In this document: in pieces, positions 13,207 through 24,696 of the stretch
How the letters are laid out: each line of letters starts with the position of its first letter
How positions within the stretch are numbered: position 1 is the stretch's first letter
DNA from: Novakomyces olei
Lineage: Eukaryota
Direction of reading: 5' to 3'
DNA length: 64,000 bases
Assembly: GCA_016906335.1 (NCBI GenBank)
Contig: JADEYG010000002.1
Coordinates: 930,001-994,000, forward strand
Made by a program: the position numbers and the translations under genes
Notes under the pieces: generated by a model
Database searches by the model: none
What the model was told of the DNA's origin: nothing
The model's input: only the letters and a program-made list of their open reading frames with translations

Positions 13207-14166
13207 TTAATTGTTATCGTTCGAATTGTTGAGCAAACGTAAGATCTGTAAGAAAAGATTGATTACATCGAGGTACAACTAAAGGATTAGCTCTAAATTT
13301 ATAAAATAAAAATAAAACTAAAAATAAAAATAAAAATAAACATAAAACAAAGGAGTAAATATTGAGCGTACGCTGACTGAACCGATCATATAATCTTCTG
13401 GTGACATAACATTGGCGATAACAAACGTGTCATAGACAATGTAGAGCGAGAATACAACAGCGGCGATTCCTGCGTATACAGTATCAAAGGCACTATTATG
13501 TGGAAAAAACATAGCAACGAACGACGAGATGACAAGTGCCCAAAGCGCGGTGAACAAGTAAGGACCAAGTCCAGAAAAATCAATCTTGGACTGTAGCGTG
13601 AACGCGGAAAGAGCCACGAAAATTGCGCCGGTAATAACGAGTGCCTCTATCACAACAGTTGCGCTGTAAAAAGTGGTAATAGTTCCGATCGTATAGGCCT
13701 CAAACAGTGTAAAGCCGACAAGCAAATAAAAGTTTAGAGGGTAAGAGCGTCGCCGTGCAAATAATCCAATCATGAATCCGATAGTGCCGACAAACGCAAC
13801 TATAATCATCCAAGGGTTTGACTGCACAAAAACGCGCAATGTGTCCACGTACATAAACAGCGCGCTGACACCGGTCGTCAAGCTCAACTGAGAAAGCAGA
13901 ATGAAATAAACCTTTCGAATAAAAGCTAAAAATTAGTACAACAGCGCTGAAAAAGACAAATAATATTTCATACCCATGCGAATTTCGATACTGCACTGGG
14001 AGACGCTGGTGCCGTACTTGAAGTCATCGGGAATATCGTCATCCGGGCCGCTTCGCGGCGTTGAAGCAGAGGCCTCATAAGACGGCGGCTGTCTGTGGCT
14101 CGGAACAGTACCATAGTCCGGCTCAGCGGCCGGCACGCGCGAGTATTTCCCAGATACGTCTGCCAT
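13207..14166 (-). CDS. BXI1: Bax inhibitor-1/TMBIM (Lifeguard/Bxi1) family membrane protein, 3 exons
   Basis: DIPDDFKYG, IRMAFIRKVY, YPLNFYLL, YIVYDT, SPEDY, LYLDVINLFLQILRLL. Confidence 0.9.
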
Positions 14167-14375
14167 GGCGATTTGGATGCCACGCACAGATAATGATGTA
14201 CGATAAATAATCCAAATGGTATTGCAGGTTATTTATTCTATATTAATTATTGGGGTCCCGTCATAAGCCCAGAAATATTGGCGGATTTCCATAGACGAAA
14301 ACCGATCAGTTTTTAATGTGATCGATTCCACATCGAATATTCTCCCTACAACACTACCAAATAATATAAAACACA

Positions 14376-14393
14376 AACCCTAACTAACCCTAA
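14376..14393. promoter_or_regulatory. AACCCTAACTAACCCTAA motif in the divergent BXI1/MCP1-like promoter
   Basis: Two ACCCTAA units 10 bp apart. Confidence 0.6.
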
Positions 14394-14517
14394 TAAGTAA
14401 ATTCTCAATTAATACAATGATACTCGGCACAACCGGCATATCATGTTTTTATGATACGCAGTCTTATCAGAAATGTGGGCAAATCACAATTTGTGTAATA
14501 ATATGGATTTCAATATA

Positions 14518-14527
14518 GTCACGTGAC
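14518..14527. promoter_or_regulatory. Palindromic E-box GTCACGTGAC (Cbf1/bHLH-type site)
   Basis: Perfect 10-bp palindrome 40 bp upstream of the ATG at 14567. Confidence 0.45.
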
Positions 14528-14566
14528 CACGGCATTAACAAATCAAAGGCCGCCTAGATCAAGCTG

Positions 14567-15351
14567 ATGGAAGACGAAGCGCTGAGCGAGGTGGCACCAG
14601 TCCCTTTGGATGAAAGTGAAGAATCAAAGGTGCGTATAAAGTATTGAGCGCGTTTCTGACAATTTAGTATTTGGATAAGCGGCGTGTTGAGAGGGCAGAA
14701 CAGCGTAATTTGCGGATTGCACGGGCGACGAGGGCATTAACCCGAGCCCAGCGTTATTCCAGCTATGCGTTTCTTGGCTATGCTGGAGTTCACTTTCTGG
14801 CAGTAGGCGTAGCGCCGCTTGTAGGACGCCATAGCTTTGGTGCTGCGGGAGCGGCCGATGATATGCTGCTCGTTCAAAGAGCTATTTTTGCACCGACTGA
14901 ATGGGCACAGTACGCTGTGCCGATCACTGTTGGCGTACATGTGCTCTCGGGAGCCGGAGCCCGTGTCTTGCGCAGTTTTAGGTCTCGTAGGATTCAGCCT
15001 TTATCCCGATTAGCCGCCGTAGGTTGGCTTTTCGACGCTTGTTTATGGGTGCACTTGTTTACAACTATTACATGGCCACAACAAGCTGGCGCAAGTGATG
15101 CGCGTGTTGAATTTGTCGGTGGCTTAGTGCAACGAAAAGGCTTTGCCGGATGGGCGTATCATTGCATACTTATTTCCAGTGGCTGCTACCACATCTGCAT
15201 GGGGATTTGTTACTGGCGCCACTGGCGCCGTTGGAAGGGGTACGTTGCCACTGCACTGGCAAGCGCTACATTAATCGTTTCGATGACAAGGATTTCTGCT
15301 CAGCCAATTGGTAGCGATGACGCGCTAATACTTCAAAGCATTTATGCTTAG
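14567..15351 (+). CDS. Mcp1-like (DUF1691) mitochondrial membrane protein
   Basis: ATG 14567, 38-nt intron 14630-14667. AQRYSSYAFLGYAGVH and VHVLSG motifs; several transmembrane segments. Confidence 0.65.
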
Positions 15352-15457
15352 AGGGAACTTTGGTCATTTTGCGGGGTTTGGATGTATTAATTTATATATT
15401 TCAACATTTAAACTTTTCTCTTTAACTCTTACTTTTCTCTGCCACCCACACTTTTCT

Positions 15458-15502
15458 TGTCACTCAAGTCAAAGTCTGTCACTTGAGTCAAAGTCCACTT
15501 GA
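15458..15502. repeat. 19-bp tandem duplication TGTCACTYRAGTCAAAGTC
   Basis: Two near-identical units plus a partial third. Confidence 0.7.
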
Positions 15503-15744
15503 AATAGTCGTAATTACTCGTGCGTTGTAGAAGTCGCAATTGTGCGCGTATGGAAACTTGCTAATTTCGATAGCCCATCTCTACATTGATTTTCAAAATG
15601 AAAATGGCTAGACAGTTCAATGCAAGTATAATGTATACGACGTACAGAGTGTACTCTTAGACTCGCATATCGATCCTTATCAGAATTATTGCTGCCTTTC
15701 AAAGACTTGAGTTTCCTGGGGCGGGCACGTCATACGACTTGTGC

Positions 15745-16398
15745 CTACTCGCCAGGCTCCACGCAGCGAGCACGTATAATTTTCACATCGTCCTTGGGCC
15801 GATCGTCACTGTTTGTGTCCACGAGCCCAAGCCGCTGAACTACAGCCAAGCCGTGCTTGACGCGTCCAAAAATACTGTGTTTTCCGTCTAACCATGGAGT
15901 TGGTGCTAGAGTAATAAAGAACTAGAATTAGGATCGATTGTATCGTACCAGCGCCTACCTGAGACCCATTGGTATTCGGGCCCGCATTTGCCATTGACAG
16001 AATGCCGGCACCAGTATGCTTGAGCGCAGGGTTTATTTCGTCCTCAAAGGTGTCACCATAAACGCTTGATCCACCACGGCCAGTGTTGGAGGGATCGCCT
16101 GTCTGCACCATAAAGTCCTGTCAAATTTAGCGCATTAAACACCAAGGCGTCTTACGCGTATAACGCGGAAAAATAAACAGCCATCATAATAGCCGCGATT
16201 AGCCAACTGTTTCATGTTTTCACATGTCTGCTCTTGTCAGTCACCTTTTTAATTGCAAAGGATTTCTTACTCGAGGTGCGTGCTCTGTATAGAGCTCTAG
16301 TACAATTTGGCCCTATCCCAAGTCAATTGCTGTCAACGAGAAACGATTCGGCAGATTACCATTGTAGTGTCGAGCACTACCTCAGGCGCCGTCGCCAT
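15745..16398 (-). CDS. cyp1: Cyclophilin PPIL1 (spliceosomal peptidyl-prolyl isomerase), multi-exon
   Basis: [61 protein letters not shown]. Confidence 0.92.
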
Positions 16399-16826
16399 TG
16401 CCGACGCGCCGCTTGCTTGGATTCTAGCTTACTTGGCTTTTTGACCAGGTTTGTTAATACACAAGCATTGCACGAGACAAGAATGTTACACGGGCTACAT
16501 ACCATCCACGATCTATTGGGAATTTAATAGTATAAATATTACTTTCTACGAACTGTAATGACTCTTTCGATGACTCAAAGGTACACTGTATGTTTGCTCT
16601 TCACTCTGTCAAACAGCAATCTTGAGCCGACAGTAATTAATTAAGCTGTTCGTCAATATGACGATAGATATTTAACAAATTTGCGTATAAAATGAACAAA
16701 ATCAAGCTGCACAGTGTTACTTACTCTTCACCTTGCTAGAGTTACATAATACTCACGTTATGGCATTACTTTACAAAACATCCCGTGTATAGGGTTTTCA
16801 TGCCTTCCACACTCTTCCGGCTGCGT

Positions 16827-16855
16827 ATATAAAGGAATCAAACAGGTATAAAAGA
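16827..16855 (+). promoter_or_regulatory. TATA-like boxes of TAL1
   Basis: TATATAAA and TATAAAAG 60-90 bp upstream of the ATG. Confidence 0.5.
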
Positions 16856-16916
16856 CGGCAAACGTCATACCTTTTCGACGCAGTTTACCACTTTACTACC
16901 TTACTGAACTTTCAAT

Positions 16917-17894
16917 ATGACCAACTCGCTTGATCAACTCAAGGCTGCCGGCACTACGTGTGTTTCGGACTCGGGTGACTTTGAAAGTATTGCACAATAC
17001 AAGCCACAGGATGCCACGACTAACCCGTCGTTGATCTTGGCGGCTGCAAAGAAGCCACAGTATGCTCGTCTCATCGATGTGGCTATCGATTATGCCAAGA
17101 GCAAATCCTTCAGCAGCATTGACGAGGCTGTAGATGCTGCTCTGGACCGTCTACTGGTCGAGTTTGGCAAAGAAATCTTAAAGATTGTACCTGGCCGGGT
17201 CTCCACCGAAGTGGATGCCCGATTCTCTTTCGACCGTAAGGCAACTATCGCCAAGGCACGTCATCTCATCGGTCTCTATAACGAGCTCGGTATTCACAAG
17301 GACCGTGTTCTTATCAAGATTGCGTCTACGTACGAAGGCATCCGGGCCGCCGAGGAATTAGAGAAGAACTACGGTATCCACTGCAACCTTACTCTCTTGT
17401 TCTCTTTTCCTCAGGCTGTTGCCTGTGCTGAGGCCGGCGTTACTTTGATCTCTCCTTTTGTAGGCCGTATCCTCGACTATTACAAGGCTAAGGAGAACCG
17501 GACCTATGAGCCTCATGAAGACCCTGGTGTTCTTTCTGTACAAAAGATTTATGACTACTACAAGCAAAACGGCTACAAGACCATTGTTATGGGTGCTTCC
17601 TTCCGAAGTGTTGGAGAAATCAAGGAGTTGGCTGGATGTGATTTCCTTACCATCTCTCCTAGCCTGCTAGACGAGCTCAAAAACTCAACTGACCCTGTGC
17701 CACAAAAGCTCAGCCCAGAGAAGGCCAAGAAGAGCGACCTTATCGCCAAGGTCTCATACCTTAACGATGAGCCACTGTTCCGCTTCGAGCATAACCAAGA
17801 CGACATGGCCGTCAACAAGCTCTCGCAAGGTATCAACTCGTTTGCCAAGGATGCAAACACCCTCAAGGAGATTTTGAAGTCCAAGCTGCAGTAG
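16917..17894 (+). CDS. TAL1: Transaldolase
   Basis: [51 protein letters not shown]. Confidence 0.98.
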   Translation: MTNSLDQLKAAGTTCVSDSGDFESIAQYKPQDATTNPSLILAAAKKPQYARLIDVAIDYAKSKSFSSIDEAVDAALDRLLVEFGKEILKIVPGRVSTEVDARFSFDRKATIAKARHLIGLYNELGIHKDRVLIKIASTYEGIRAAEELEKNYGIHCNLTLLFSFPQAVACAEAGVTLISPFVGRILDYYKAKENRTYEPHEDPGVLSVQKIYDYYKQNGYKTIVMGASFRSVGEIKELAGCDFLTISPSLLDELKNSTDPVPQKLSPEKAKKSDLIAKVSYLNDEPLFRFEHNQDDMAVNKLSQGINSFAKDANTLKEILKSKLQ

Positions 17895-18114
17895 GCTCTC
17901 TGCTTTGGCATCTTTGCAATCATTTGTCCATTTGAATATGCTACTTGATTAATTTGTAACGACACATTATCTAAATATTCAAATGTATAAGAGTCGAAAT
18001 TATCGCTTATTAGGATTAGATGTATAAACATAAACTTTAAAAAAAGATACAATATCCGTCTCGAAACCGTTTCCATCACGTAGGTAAAGGTACCGTGGCT
18101 GTCATAGAGCCCGA

Positions 18115-20227
18115 TTATGGCAAAGATCTATCGTACTTTGTTGGCAGGGTCTCAAGAGCCGACCGAGCCTGTAGAAACATGTCACGAACACGCGCCTGCT
18201 TGGATTGTAGTTCCCGATCAAGCTCCGAACGTGCTCGTGCAGTTACAAACCGAATCCATTGCTCTACCGTCATTTCCCGTTCGTCACGTGGAAGCCCGTC
18301 CGGTCCCATTTCAAATATAAATTCGGACAAGTTCACATAAAGTGTATCCAAAGACGGTACTGTAATCGTATCTACCCAAGGCGCTTTTGATTGTTTTTGT
18401 GAGAGGGACATTGAAGGTTCCAATGTAGATTTTACCACTGACTTTGGCGTCGCCTTCTCCACCGCCTTGAGGAGACTTGAATCTTTTTGCGGCGTCGAAA
18501 CTGCAATATTGCTCGACAGAGGTTGAAGAACCGGCCGGCGGACAGAAGCAGGACTCGCTGTCCTTTTTGATGGAGAAGTCGGAGTAGCCGGAGCCCTGTT
18601 AAGCAGGTCTTGGCACGGTGTATTTGGCGCTGACCCAGATTTAACAGTGGCCTTAGCGTTGTGCCCGCTTGACTTTTCGCTGTTATCCTTGACAGATTTT
18701 GGTGTAGAGCAAGGCCGAATTTTGCCAGAATTTTCCTCATCTTCTGACTCTTCCTCTATCGAGTGCAGATTTGTTGTTTCCTGCACGTTTGCCGTAGACA
18801 TCTGTAGGGAATCATGGCCGATTGCACTTTCTTGTTTCATTTCTTGCTCCATCACTGGCTTTGCAATTACCGCTTGCACTTTGCTAGGACTTTGTCCTGC
18901 GCTTTTAGGCGTAAACTTCGCGTTTTTTGGCCCAGAGACATCCAAAGTAGCCGCTCCAGAATGTTTTATTGGACTTTTCTTTTGTGGACTCGAGACGAGA
19001 CCAGTCTTTTCTAGACGAGGCTTCTTGGCATCGTGGGCAATAATAGTCGATTTGACTGGGCTCGTAAAGTGCACATCATCAAGCTCTGCATCAGGCGACT
19101 TGCGCTTCTTTGAACTAGCAGACTGAGGCAATGTAGGCGCCTTGGACTGCGACTGGGCCCGTATGACAGACTTGTCTTTCTCTGCTTCACATACGACTTT
19201 TCCACGAGGCCTTCCAATCCGCCGGCCCGGTTTCTTTTCACTTATAGGCTCAACTTGCACTGGTTTCTGTGGACTGTGTACCGGAGTGCTCAAAGTCTTC
19301 GTTGCCTGCACACCAGACGGCTGTGTTTGACGTGTCCGCCGACGGGTAGAGGCTTTGATTACTTCAGAATTCAGTGTCGTGTTTGCATACAGACTCTTTA
19401 CTGGCTTTGAAACTGAAGATTTTGACGAAACGGGTGTTTTGGAAGGTACAGTAGACTTAGGCAATGCAGACTCTTTTGATAGCAATGAGCTTTTATCCTC
19501 CATTGTGTTTCTAACTCGTGAAACAATTGGAGTTTTCACTTCATCAGAACCTTTATCCTCTGTACCGTTTTCCCGTGTATGTTGCACCTCCTCTTGAGCT
19601 ACAATGCCTGTAAAAATCGCACAATCAGGACTACGTCGCTGGTGCTCATCGCTTTCCGGTTAGCCTTTTCGAAACAGCCATTACTTACACTGGATTATCC
19701 TTTGGCTCCCAACCGTCCAAGGCGAGGCCACAGTACACGCAAGAAGTCATATCCTCCGCGTCTGGCTGGGGCGTATAGTAAAACCCTGCTTTTGCCATTT
19801 TACGTGCTTTTCCTACCCACCCACGTGTCTTTTCGTGAGGCCACTGGCCTCCTATAAAGGTGGCATAACGCGCATCTTCCAGTGTCTTTGCTGCTGGTCT
19901 TAAAGGCCTTGCTGACCCACGACGACGAGCGTTATACATAATCATGGCAAACGGGCATTTGGGGCTGTGAGTGTAGTGCTGTGCAATTGCATCGTCGTCA
20001 TTTTCGCTCCATCCACCGAGAGCTTTATCGCATATAAAGCACTGTACCGTGTCCGGGGCCGTATACACAAATCCAGCCCGCGCCAGCTTTAATGGGTTAA
20101 TTTTACGGCAAAAGTCCACATGTCTTACACTCTGAGGGTCCAATGGCGGTCCAAGGTGCCAAAGGCATTCATTGCCATTATAAAATGTGGCAACGCGGCC
20201 CTGTAACGTGTACCGTGGCGACACCAT
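18115..20227 (-). CDS. BIR1: Survivin/Bir1 chromosomal passenger protein, two BIR domains, 2 exons
   Basis: LARAGF..C..C...GW...H...CPF and MAKAGFYY..CVYC...DGW..DNPV|DEHQRRSPDC, long low-complexity linker, C-terminal EMTVEQWI. Confidence 0.9.
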
Positions 20228-20521
20228 GGCAAAAGTGCACTTTGAGTGTTTATGATTGATTAATTATATTACCAGCGTTGTTTGTTTGTAAACAATCTTA
20301 AACCAGGGCACGATTACTATATCTTTGTTTGTATGTTTTGTAAATACAATGATGGGCTATCTCGAAACCAGCATGTATCAAATTGCTTTTTGCCTGCGGC
20401 AAGTAATCCTACAGAATCTATCCCAGTTATCGCAAGATTTCTTGGTCATCCGTCCGGCGCCTGAGAAACGATCAAAATCGAGCAAACAAGTTTGAGCATT
20501 CAAAGAAAAAATTAAAACAAA

Positions 20522-21942
20522 ATGCCTTTCTTGCCGCGCAAGGCATTTTCTGCCGCTGCAGCAATTGCTACGTCGCGTCGGGCCGTTTCGTCTGCTGCTG
20601 GCTCACGTGTGCTTCGGCCGACTGCTGCCAATTTCAACCTCTTGAAAGTCGACATGGCTCGCACAGCATCGTCTCAGAGCTCGAGCGAGGTAGGTTTTGT
20701 TACTGTATTCATTATTTTTAGCGACGCGGCTTTGATTATTATTGCTTCTACCGTCATGTCTAGTTAATTGTTTTTAACTTTTTATTTTATTTTATTTTTT
20801 TTATTTTTAATTTTTAATTTATAATTTTTAATGTTTAACTTTTGCTTTTGTCTATCATCGTCCCATCTTCTGCCTGGGCTGTCATAAGTTTTACTCGTTG
20901 TTTACAGATACATTCATATCCTTGTTTTCAGTATGCGCAAATTCTAACTTGCCAGATGACTGTCCGTGACGCTCTCAACCAAGCGATGGAAGAAGAACTG
21001 CAGCACGATGAGCGTGTCTTTCTTATGGGAGAGGAAGTCGCACAGTACAACGGCGCGTATAAAGTGTCGCGTGGTCTACTCGACAAGTTTGGTGACCGTC
21101 GTGTAGTTGATACACCAATCACGGAGCAGGGCTTTGCTGGTTTGTGTGTCGGTGCTGCTTTGGCTGGTCTCTACCCAGTTTGCGAGTTTATGACGTGGAA
21201 CTTTGCCATGCAGGCAATTGACCAGATCATCAACTCTGGAGCAAAGACGCATTACATGACTGGAGGCATTCAAAACTGCCCTGTCACTTTCCGTGGACCG
21301 AACGGATTTGCCGCTGGTGTGGGTGCACAGCATTCTCAGGATTATACTGCATGGTACGCTAGCATTCCCGGCCTTAAAGTTGTGACTCCCTACTCTGCAG
21401 AGGATGCCAAGGGCTTGTTAAAGACGGCTATTCGTGACCCTAACCCTGTGATTGTACTTGAGAACGAGTTGATGTACGGTGTCTCCTTCCCCTTCAGTGA
21501 AGAGGCGAAGCGTGACGACTTTCTCATTCCTTTTGGAAAGGCCAAAATCGAGCGTGCTGGTAACGATGTGACATTAATCTCTGTCTCCCGTACCGTGGGT
21601 CTATGCCTGGACGCCGCCGAGATTCTGAAGCGCGAAGAAGGTGTTGAAGCTGAGGTCATCAATTTGCGCAGTGTAAAGCCATTGGACTTGGATGCAATTA
21701 TCAAGAGCATCCAAAAGACGGGTCGCTGTGTCGTTGTTGATTCAGGGTTCCCCAGCTTCGGCTTCGGATCTGAAATTATGGCCCTCGGCATGGAGCATTG
21801 CTTTGATTACTTGGATGCACCAATTGCTCGTGTCACAGGCGCTGAAGTACCAACTCCTTATGCCCACAATCTTGAGGCCATGGCTTTCCCTGATGCCAAT
21901 CTTATTGCACAGGCAACAAAGCGTACCCTGTACTTGAACTAG
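20522..21942 (+). CDS. PDB1: Pyruvate dehydrogenase E1 beta subunit, 2 exons
   Basis: Mitochondrial presequence exon; [41 protein letters not shown]. Confidence 0.98.
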
Positions 21943-22251
21943 ACGTTATAAAAACTTTAAAGATAATAGTCCTAGAATTATCTGCGTCGATACATAGGTT
22001 AGGCTTGCTTGAGTATGCTAGATAATTGTGTTTGTATATTGTAGACGTCTGTTGCCCTTGCTGTGAACTATGCGTAAAGACGAAGAGTAATGTGTCGCCA
22101 CAAGTTCAATTAAAAATAAATTTATATAAATGAAAAGCAATGCAAACACAACCATATGAAAATTCATTTTTAGACCTACATCGTAATCAAGCCGTTTGCT
22201 TTTGGTTTCAAAAGCCAATTTTAGTATGTCGCTGCTAAATCTATCTATAAT

Positions 22252-23544
22252 CTATGATTTGAAAAACTTGAGCTTATCCGACGACAATTTTCCAGCCGCA
22301 GCAGCGGATGCAGTAGCTTCAGTGAACACAGTGCGTACCGCATCAGCGCCACCTGATTCGCGTGCCTTTTCAATAGAAGCAGCAAACTCTGCCTGTTCGT
22401 TTCCTTGAAACGAATCCATCAGTAACTCCACATCACTCAAGCAATTATCAACATCCGCAGGTGATGCATCAGCGGTAAAGTAGTTGTAGTCCTTACACGC
22501 TCCCTTGATAATTTTTTTCTCCTTTTTAACTGCTTTCTTCCGGTCTTCTTTAGCTCTTTTATTCTCTGCCGCTGTGGTCTTGGCAGCTGCCTCTTCCTCA
22601 GCTTTACGGCGAGCCTCTTCTTCCGCCTTTCGAGCAGATTCTTCCGCTGCTGCGCGGGCACCAGCCTCGCGTTCCCATTTGCGTCGCTCTTTTTCTTCCT
22701 TTTCACGTTGCTTGAACTGCTTGATTCGTGGATCAGCCGCTAAAGCGTCATCAACAAGACGACGCAGCCTTTGCGAGTCCTCAACCTTGCGCTTTTGCCG
22801 CTCGTTCTTGTTCTTTTTCTCCTGGTAGCGCTTGTTGTCACGATTATCTGAATCGTCAGGCACATCCTTGTCCAAGTATTCAAAGGAGCGCCAGCTATCA
22901 AATCGGTACCAAAAATCGTAAAAGCGCTCAACTTCCTCCTTGCTGCTATCAGCCGTCCCGAGACCAGGAACAGGATGCACATTACTGAAGCGAGCTTCCG
23001 CCTCAAAAACTGGTCGCCAAAGAGCGTAAAAGTCTCCTTTTGCCTTTCGTGCAGGCGGCAGTACTTCGGCTTCCTCGTCCACCGAATCGTACTGCCGCCG
23101 GCGAACAGGATCCATCAGAGTCTCAAAGGCTTTTTGAATGCACTTGAAAAATGCATCATCACCTGCACCGCCGGCTCCACTGGCCTTCTTGTCCGGATGA
23201 TGTCGAAGCACTTTAGCCCGGTGAGCACGTCGAATTTGGTCCTCTGTAGCGCGATATCGGTACTTTGTAAGGCCGAGTACTGCATAGTGATCTTGCTGCT
23301 TCCATTCCTTTGGATCTCTCTGGAGCAATTCCGGCGGCTCTTCCGTATCCAGCTGCAGATCGTCATCGCCTGTTTCTACTGAGGTACGTGCTTCCCTGAA
23401 ATGCTTTTCTGCCTGTAATCTTTCGTCCTCGCTAAATGTACGATTGTGCAGTTTGCGTCGAGCATGCGCCAGGTAGGAGGGGCCCACTGGCTCCACATTA
23501 TGCTCAATTGGCGCCGTCAAAGGTGACACCGCTGTAAAGGGCAT
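22252..23544 (-). CDS. ZUO1: Zuotin, ribosome-associated J-protein
   Basis: VEPVG, QDHYAVLGL, HPD motif, FYDFWYRFDSWRSFEY. Confidence 0.97.
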   Translation of the reverse strand: MPFTAVSPLTAPIEHNVEPVGPSYLAHARRKLHNRTFSEDERLQAEKHFREARTSVETGDDDLQLDTEEPPELLQRDPKEWKQQDHYAVLGLTKYRYRATEDQIRRAHRAKVLRHHPDKKASGAGGAGDDAFFKCIQKAFETLMDPVRRRQYDSVDEEAEVLPPARKAKGDFYALWRPVFEAEARFSNVHPVPGLGTADSSKEEVERFYDFWYRFDSWRSFEYLDKDVPDDSDNRDNKRYQEKKNKNERQKRKVEDSQRLRRLVDDALAADPRIKQFKQREKEEKERRKWEREAGARAAAEESARKAEEEARRKAEEEAAAKTTAAENKRAKEDRKKAVKKEKKIIKGACKDYNYFTADASPADVDNCLSDVELLMDSFQGNEQAEFAASIEKARESGGADAVRTVFTEATASAAAAGKLSSDKLKFFKS

Positions 23545-23626
23545 TTTGAAATTTTTTCAAATTGACTCTAGGTAATTTTATTTTTTAATTATTTGTATTT
23601 TATATTACCACCATAGAAATTTTTGC

Positions 23627-23673
23627 AATATTCATAATTTCCGTAGTATTCATAATATTCATAATATTCATAA
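23627..23673. repeat. 9-bp ATATTCATA tandem repeat
   Basis: About 4-5 degenerate units upstream of ZUO1. Confidence 0.7.
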
Positions 23674-24051
23674 TGCGCCTTGCTGGAAGCCCATTAGATA
23701 TGCTTTTATCTTTCAATTTATGATTAGGGTCAGGGTTATCTTTGCCTGTGCGATATTTGCAAACGCATTTGGCATCGGCGTTCAGAGAAAATTCAAAGTC
23801 TTTGCGTGTATGCATAATTGCTGTTATACGAGTGAACCATACAGTCTCACTTGTCAGCATCTCGATTTTTTTATTTAATTTTTTTTAATTTTTTAATCAA
23901 TTTATCATTTTTTAATACTCTCCAATAATTTACATTAAATTTATGTGCAAAATACGCGTTGGCACAAACCATTCATTGTCCAATGGAGATTTGTATCGAT
24001 CGTGATAGCGAGCAATCGACCTGTCAATAAGCCATTGTATGTGCTGCCTCA

Positions 24052-24605
24052 TTGCGGCAGCTTGCCGCCTCGATGCACGAGCGTGAGCGCTCCGTTAGCG
24101 CGGACCTGAACGCTTTACAGCAGCTTTTGGACGAAATTCTGCGCGTAGATAGTGTAGGCACGGACGTGAATGTCAATTACCGGGTGATCTACATTGTCTT
24201 TACTCATGGCATTCTTGCCCTGGATGAAAGCGACTCTGGCACGGTTGAGAGCCAGCGATTGGACAGAGCGAGCAAGTCAGCGCGGGCTATCAGTGTCACA
24301 TTGAACCGGTGTCCACGTATCTTGCTAATAAAAGATGGACGCGTCGGCGCTTTGGCAGAATGGTTGCTGCCTCATTTGTTAAGGCTGCTCTCTAACTCTG
24401 GGAAAACTGAGAAGACCTTATCGGGTAACAGTACAACTGGATATCAGGCCAAAATAAATGATACACTACGAGAAGCAGCAAGAATCGTTTTATCTGCTCT
24501 CGTGAGTGCCATTGCTGATTACGGACCGACATGGCCAGCGGCTGAACGGCTCTACAATCTGCTTTGTACCTGTTGCTACAGTAAGTTATTTATTTATTTA
24601 TTCAT

Positions 24606-24696
<91 letters not shown>

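Noticed and set aside
16154-16168. ACGCGT/ACGCG MCB-like sites
   Set aside because: Within the cyclophilin exon/intron junction, not a promoter.
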